In this document: piece by piece, positions 59,378-64,000 of the stretch
How the letters are laid out: the number at the start of each line of letters is the position of its first letter
How positions within the stretch are numbered: position 1 is the stretch's first letter
Assembly: GCA_041653535.1 (NCBI GenBank)
Contig: JBAZFH010000001.1
Coordinates: 6,052-70,051 of the forward strand
DNA from: Patescibacteria group bacterium
GTDB lineage: Bacteria; Patescibacteriota; Patescibacteriia; JACRDY01
DNA: 64,000 nt
Direction: 5' to 3'
Notes under the pieces: generated by a model
Database searches by the model: none
What the model was told of the DNA's origin: nothing
What the model saw: only the letters and a program-made list of their open reading frames with translations
Position numbers and translations under genes: made by a program

Positions 59378-59488
59378 TAATTTTAGTATTTTAATATTTT
59401 TTTAAAACACCTGCCCTCGCGCAGATTTGTCGTCCTTAATTTTTCGATTTAAAAAACCGTCCTACTGTATAGCGGGACGGTTGGTTTT

Positions 59489-59722
59489 CTAGGTGATGCT
59501 GGCGACGTCTTTGTTTGTGAGAAAAACTACGTCGGCAAAGCCCTTTTTGATAAGAATGCCGCCGGGCACAATGGCGGGCGTTCTGCTGCCGTCCGGCGCG
59601 GTCGCTATTTGCGCTTGCGATGCGATATGTCTTAAGATTTCTCCGGTGATCTTTTCGCCGTCAACTAGAGTAACGGTAACCAGGTTACTTCTGAGGAATA
59701 TCGGACCGATGACATTTTTCAC
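59489..59722 (-). CDS. hypothetical small protein, possibly Sm-like beta-rich
   Basis: RBS AAGGAGG + 7 nt + GTG; 77 aa. Terminator hairpin ccgtcccgctatacagtaggacgg + T-run downstream on minus. Co-oriented immediately after the DHH gene. Confidence 0.45.
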   Translation of the reverse strand: MKNVIGPIFLRSNLVTVTLVDGEKITGEILRHIASQAQIATAPDGSRTPAIVPGGILIKKGFADVVFLTNKDVASIT

Positions 59723-59738
59723 TTTTTGTCCTCCTTTA

Positions 59739-60881
59739 TTAAAACTTTGGTTCGTAGCTTTGTTTGAATACAGAAACCACTTTTTCTTCGGCTAGAACCA
59801 GATCGTTACCGGCGATTTTGAACCGGACAAAGTTTTTGTCGCCAATCGGGATAAATTCGGTCAAAGCTTTTTGCAAGTCAGTAGAACCCAAGGATCTGGC
59901 AAAAACGCCAATATTCAAATTATCAAGGTGATAAAGCAAAATCGCTACATCGACATTTGGTACGGCGCTGAGCAGTTCATCGATGATATCGGGTAACGCG
60001 CTGCCGTCGGTTTTGGTATCGGCAAAATCTTGTTCGCTGATAGTAGCGGTAATCAGTTTGCCGCCGTAGTGCTCTTTGAGTTTGGTTAGTGTTTGTCCCC
60101 ATAGTTTGAGCGTGGCAACATCACGACTATAATAAAGGTTTTTCACTATTTCTTCGCGGCGCGCTTCGTTTTTGATCAAGTCGCTGGAAATTTGCAAAGT
60201 ATAAGGATTAATCATTCCCGCTTTGAAACTTTTGGTTTTATCAATAATGCCGGTCAGCAGGCAGGTGTTTACATCCGGGCTGAAAAGTTTTTCATTCCAG
60301 GATTTAATCAGGTTATAAAGCACGCCGCAGGTCGATGATGATGTCATATCTATAAAATTGATTTGACCGTATTGTTCGTTCGCCGGAGAATAATCGATAT
60401 TCAAAATTGGTCGGCGAAAGAAAAATTCCCTGTTTTTGGAAAACACGTCGCCAAGCGATTCCAGATCGGGAGTGTCAATGATGATAATTTGGTCGTAACG
60501 CCAGTCGGAAATACTCGCTCGTACATCCTGTGGCCCGAAAAACTCATTTTGCGGAGAAAGAAATATTTTTAGCTGTTCGCCGTCTGTATCATAGTGAAAC
60601 TCGTCTTGTTTTATTTTGTTTTTATCAATACTGATAATCATCCGGCGAAGAGTTTCCAGGGTCGGTTTGACATTTTCATTTCCAGGCAAAAATTTGTATC
60701 CTTTGGGTAAAATAAAACCATCACAAACCACATCGGGGAGTTTGCCCATTTTTTGCAGGATCAGATTTAGAGCTAGCGCGCCAGCCAAAGCGTCGCCAGA
60801 AAAATGTTTACGGAAAACAATTAACGGTTTGTTCGTTTTGACTAGTGCGGCAATAGCCTGCTGTTCGATAGTTAGACCCAT
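59739..60881 (-). CDS. DHH-family phosphoesterase (NrnA-like oligoribonuclease/pAp phosphatase)
   Basis: N-terminal DHH motif region (IVFRKHFSGDALAGALAL) and C-terminal DHHA1-like domain. Confidence 0.7.
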   Translation of the reverse strand: MGLTIEQQAIAALVKTNKPLIVFRKHFSGDALAGALALNLILQKMGKLPDVVCDGFILPKGYKFLPGNENVKPTLETLRRMIISIDKNKIKQDEFHYDTDGEQLKIFLSPQNEFFGPQDVRASISDWRYDQIIIIDTPDLESLGDVFSKNREFFFRRPILNIDYSPANEQYGQINFIDMTSSSTCGVLYNLIKSWNEKLFSPDVNTCLLTGIIDKTKSFKAGMINPYTLQISSDLIKNEARREEIVKNLYYSRDVATLKLWGQTLTKLKEHYGGKLITATISEQDFADTKTDGSALPDIIDELLSAVPNVDVAILLYHLDNLNIGVFARSLGSTDLQKALTEFIPIGDKNFVRFKIAGNDLVLAEEKVVSVFKQSYEPKF

Positions 60882-61103
60882 GGGAGATAATTACGAATTA
60901 ATAATTACGAATTAATAATAAGGTTAATGTGGTTAGCTTTTCATTATATAGAAGTGGCAAGATAAGGTCAAGGGTGGTGATTGTTAAGATTAAAAAAGGC
61001 AGAACTGTAAAGTCCGAGTATCCAGCCATTGAAAAGCGTCGTTAATATTGGTAAGATAGGATAAGCAGTTATTTATCTAAAATTCCGCTTATTTTTTTAT
61101 ATT

Positions 61104-63677
61104 ATGGATAAAGCCTATGAAGCCAAACAGGTTGAAGATAAGATTTACCAGATTTGGGAAGAGTCGGGTTTTTTTAATCCCGACAATTTAAAGGGTAAAG
61201 ATAAATATTGTAATGTTTTGCCACCACCTAATGCCAATGGCGAACTGCATATTGGTCACGCTTCAGGCTATGTAGTGATGGATTTTTTTGGTCGCTACCA
61301 GAGAATGCTCGGTAAAAAGGTTTTGCTTTTACCGGGAAAAGATCACGCCGGCATTCAGACGCAGGTGGTTTATGAGAAAAAGCTGAAAAAAGAGCAGGGA
61401 AAAACTCGTTATGATTTGGGTCGGGAAGAGTTTTATAAAGGGTGTTATGAGTTTTGTCTGGATCGGGCAAACTATATGCGCAACCAAGAAAGAAGGATTG
61501 GTTTGTCTGCTGACTGGTCGCGTGAGAAATTTACGCTTGATCCCGATCTGATCAAAACTGTTTCGGAAACTTTTGTTGAAATGTCGGAAGAAGGCTTGAT
61601 TTATCGCGGGCCGAGGATTATTAGTTGGTGTCCACGATGTTTTACTGCTTTGTCCGACATAGAGGTGGAGTACGAAGAGCAAGATGGCAAGCTCTATACT
61701 TTCAAGTATGATGCCGATTTTCCGTTTACTATTTCTACGACACGACCGGAGACTAAACTGGGCGATACGGCGGTGGCAGTTAATCCCAAAGATGAACGTT
61801 ATCAAAAATATATCGGACAGACGATCTCGGTCAATTTTTTGGGCGTGCCATTAAAACTAAAGATAATCGCTGACGATGGCGTTGACATGAACTTTGGTAC
61901 CGGTGCGCTTGGCGTAACGCCGGCGCATTCAATGGTTGATTATGAAATGGCGCAGAAGCATGATCTGGAAATTATTAGAGTGATTGATCAACAAGGAAAA
62001 ATTATCGTGGGTAATGATAATTTTAAGGCTTTTAAAGATTTAACAGCGCTGGAAGCTCGTGAAAAGGTTGTTGCCGACTTACGGCAGGCTGGTTTATTGA
62101 TCAAGGAAGAAGAATATAAAAACAATCTATCAGTCTGCGAGCGCTGTAAAACATCGGTTGAGCAATTGATTTCTGAACAGTGGTTTGTTAATGTGGATGA
62201 TTCTAAAAAGTCTTTGAAAAAAATGGCCAAGCGTGTGATCGAAAAAGGTGATATCAAAATTTATCCAGAGAAATTTAAAAAGACCATGCTTGATTGGATT
62301 GATAATGTTCATGATTGGTGTATTAGTCGACAGATTTGGTGGGGACCGCGCATTCCAGCTTGGTATCATCAGAGTAAGGGTCTAAAAGTTAGCCTGGATT
62401 CTCCCGGTGAAGGCTGGAAACAAGACGAAGATACTTTGGATACTTGGTTTTCTTCCGGTCAATGGGTTTACACCACGCTTGGTTATCCCAAAGGTAAAGA
62501 TTTTAAAGATTTTTATCCTACCGACAGCATGATTATGGGACGAGATCTGATTTTTTTCTGGGCTTTTCGAATGATTATAATGAGTCTGTACAAAACCGGC
62601 AAAGCGCCTTTTAAAAATTTGTATTTCACCGGATTGATTCGCGACGAGCAGGGAAGGAAAATGAGCAAATCTAAAGGTAACGGTATTGAGCCTCTAGAAA
62701 TGATTTCCAAATATGGTACGGACGCTGTACGGCTGTCTTTGGTTATTGGTTCTGCGCCGGGTAGTGATATGAACTTGGGTGAGGAAAAAATTGCCGGTTT
62801 TAGAAACTTTACCAACAAATTCTGGAATATCTCGAGATTTATCTTGATGATGATTGGTGAAGAAAAGATTGCCGACAAAACGCCCAAACCGAAAACTTTG
62901 GCGGATGCTTGGATTTTAAGCCGTTTGCAGCAAGTGATCGAGGTTGTTACTTTTAATATTGAAAAATTTAACTTATCTTTAGCCGGTGAGATTTTGCGAG
63001 ACTTCACTTGGAATGAGTTAGCCGATTGGTATTTGGAGATTGCCAAAATCGAAGGCGAGAAAAAAGAAATTTTAGCTTATATCTTACGGACTGTTTTGAA
63101 GCTCTGGCATCCGCTAATGCCGTTTGTCACGGAAGAAGTTTGGTCCAAATTTAACGACGGGATGATTTTGGTAGCACCTTGGCCGAAAGCAGAGAAAAAG
63201 TTGGCTGACGAATCAGTTGGTAAAGATTTTTTGTTAGTACAAGAAGTCGTCAGCGTTATCCGCAACCTACGCTCAGAAAACAAAGTTGAACCGGGTAAAA
63301 AAATAAAAGCGGTTGTCAAAGCGGGGGACAACGCGGATTTGGTTTCCAGCCAGAAAGAAATTATCACTACCTTGGCGCGACTAAGCGAATTGGAATTTAT
63401 TGAAAACGGTAAACCCGATAAATCTGCCGTAGCAGTGGTTGGCGGTGTGGAAGTATATTTGCCACTGGCCGATCTGCTCGATATCGATAAAGAAAAAGAA
63501 AGAATCGCCGGAGAAATAGAAATGACGAAAAAATATTGTGATAACGTCGGTGCTAAGCTATCTAACGATGATTTTGTCGCTCGCGCGCCGCAAGCAGTGG
63601 TGGATGGTGAAAAGAAAAAGTTAGAGCAAGCTAAAGAAAAACTGGAAAAACTAACCAAACAATGGGAAAGTTTGTAA
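61104..63677 (+). CDS. valS: valyl-tRNA synthetase
   Basis: HIGH (PPPNANGELHIGHA), KMSKS (RKMSKSKGN), editing domain and C-terminal coiled coil. Confidence 0.9.
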   Translation: MDKAYEAKQVEDKIYQIWEESGFFNPDNLKGKDKYCNVLPPPNANGELHIGHASGYVVMDFFGRYQRMLGKKVLLLPGKDHAGIQTQVVYEKKLKKEQGKTRYDLGREEFYKGCYEFCLDRANYMRNQERRIGLSADWSREKFTLDPDLIKTVSETFVEMSEEGLIYRGPRIISWCPRCFTALSDIEVEYEEQDGKLYTFKYDADFPFTISTTRPETKLGDTAVAVNPKDERYQKYIGQTISVNFLGVPLKLKIIADDGVDMNFGTGALGVTPAHSMVDYEMAQKHDLEIIRVIDQQGKIIVGNDNFKAFKDLTALEAREKVVADLRQAGLLIKEEEYKNNLSVCERCKTSVEQLISEQWFVNVDDSKKSLKKMAKRVIEKGDIKIYPEKFKKTMLDWIDNVHDWCISRQIWWGPRIPAWYHQSKGLKVSLDSPGEGWKQDEDTLDTWFSSGQWVYTTLGYPKGKDFKDFYPTDSMIMGRDLIFFWAFRMIIMSLYKTGKAPFKNLYFTGLIRDEQGRKMSKSKGNGIEPLEMISKYGTDAVRLSLVIGSAPGSDMNLGEEKIAGFRNFTNKFWNISRFILMMIGEEKIADKTPKPKTLADAWILSRLQQVIEVVTFNIEKFNLSLAGEILRDFTWNELADWYLEIAKIEGEKKEILAYILRTVLKLWHPLMPFVTEEVWSKFNDGMILVAPWPKAEKKLADESVGKDFLLVQEVVSVIRNLRSENKVEPGKKIKAVVKAGDNADLVSSQKEIITTLARLSELEFIENGKPDKSAVAVVGGVEVYLPLADLLDIDKEKERIAGEIEMTKKYCDNVGAKLSNDDFVARAPQAVVDGEKKKLEQAKEKLEKLTKQWESL

Positions 63678-63849
63678 TAAAAGAAAATCCCCACCATGCG
63701 GCGGGGGTTGATGACGAGGGTTATTTGAAAGGTTTGCTGGAAACAGCTAAATAAAGGGCACTCAAAAAAACCAGCATGATTAAATTTTCCATTATTTACC
63801 TTCCCTTCATTTGTTTTGAAAGCGTAATATACAAAATAATATACACTAT

Positions 63850-64000
63850 ATGACAAAGAAAGTAAATACCGACCCAAAGTTAATCCATCATCTTTTGACG
63901 CGCGGCGTGGAAAACGTCTATCCTAGCGTCGATAACTTGGAAAAAGTTCTCAAATCCGGCAAGCGACTTCGTATCTATAATGGTATTGATCCTACCGGAC
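63850..64000 (+). CDS. tyrS: tyrosyl-tRNA synthetase, N-terminal fragment (continues beyond window)
   Basis: MTKKVNTDPKLIHHLLTRGVENVYP ... LRIYNGIDPTG matches the TyrRS N-terminus up to the start of the HIGH region. Confidence 0.6.
   Translation, partial: MTKKVNTDPKLIHHLLTRGVENVYPSVDNLEKVLKSGKRLRIYNGIDPTG

Noticed and set aside
63077-63877. 266-aa minus-strand ORF
   Set aside because: It is entirely antisense to the well-supported valS gene.

Overview
This 64 kb window is AT-rich (roughly 40% GC) and looks like chromosome from a small-genome, Patescibacteria/CPR-like bacterium; that assignment is inferred from gene content and style, not from a database search.

- **Housekeeping genes:** metG, uvrA, valS, a tyrS 5' fragment, rplS, gmk, cca, the two subunits of a 2-oxoacid:ferredoxin oxidoreductase, an ABC exporter and an Xer-like recombinase.
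- **RNA genes:** a 23S-5S rRNA unit with no 16S gene in the ~14.8 kb of window upstream of it (only 5S and the window end lie downstream), and five intact tRNAs (Glu-UUC, Leu-UAG, Ala-UGC, Ile-UAU, Val-GAC).
- **Surface proteins:** several large secreted/anchored proteins, including a Ser/Thr-rich repeat protein and a lamin-tail-domain + PKD protein.

Most notable observations:
- A family of roughly 200-nt GC-rich structured elements dispersed in intergenic regions, with compensatory changes in a central hairpin; it looks like an undescribed structured-RNA or repeat family.
- A tRNA-Val locus disrupted by a small GIY-YIG nuclease insertion, with a 15-bp duplication of the tRNA 5' end and a duplicated 48-nt tRNA/insert junction.
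- (CCARCTA)n heptamer tracts upstream of two promoters (M20 peptidase gene and a small peptide ORF) and at two sites in an rluA-family gene, once coinciding with a frameshift.
- Two gene fusions: dUTPase with dCMP deaminase, and phosphoglycerate kinase with class II fructose-bisphosphate aldolase.
- An Endonuclease Q homolog next to a roughly 60% GC foreign-looking gene.
- A roughly 550-nt structured non-coding region co-oriented downstream of tRNA-Leu.
- A tandem pair of divergent ATP-grasp paralogs clustered with an M20 peptidase, a TrmB regulator and an ABC exporter.

No CRISPR array and no convincing tmRNA or RNase P RNA was found.
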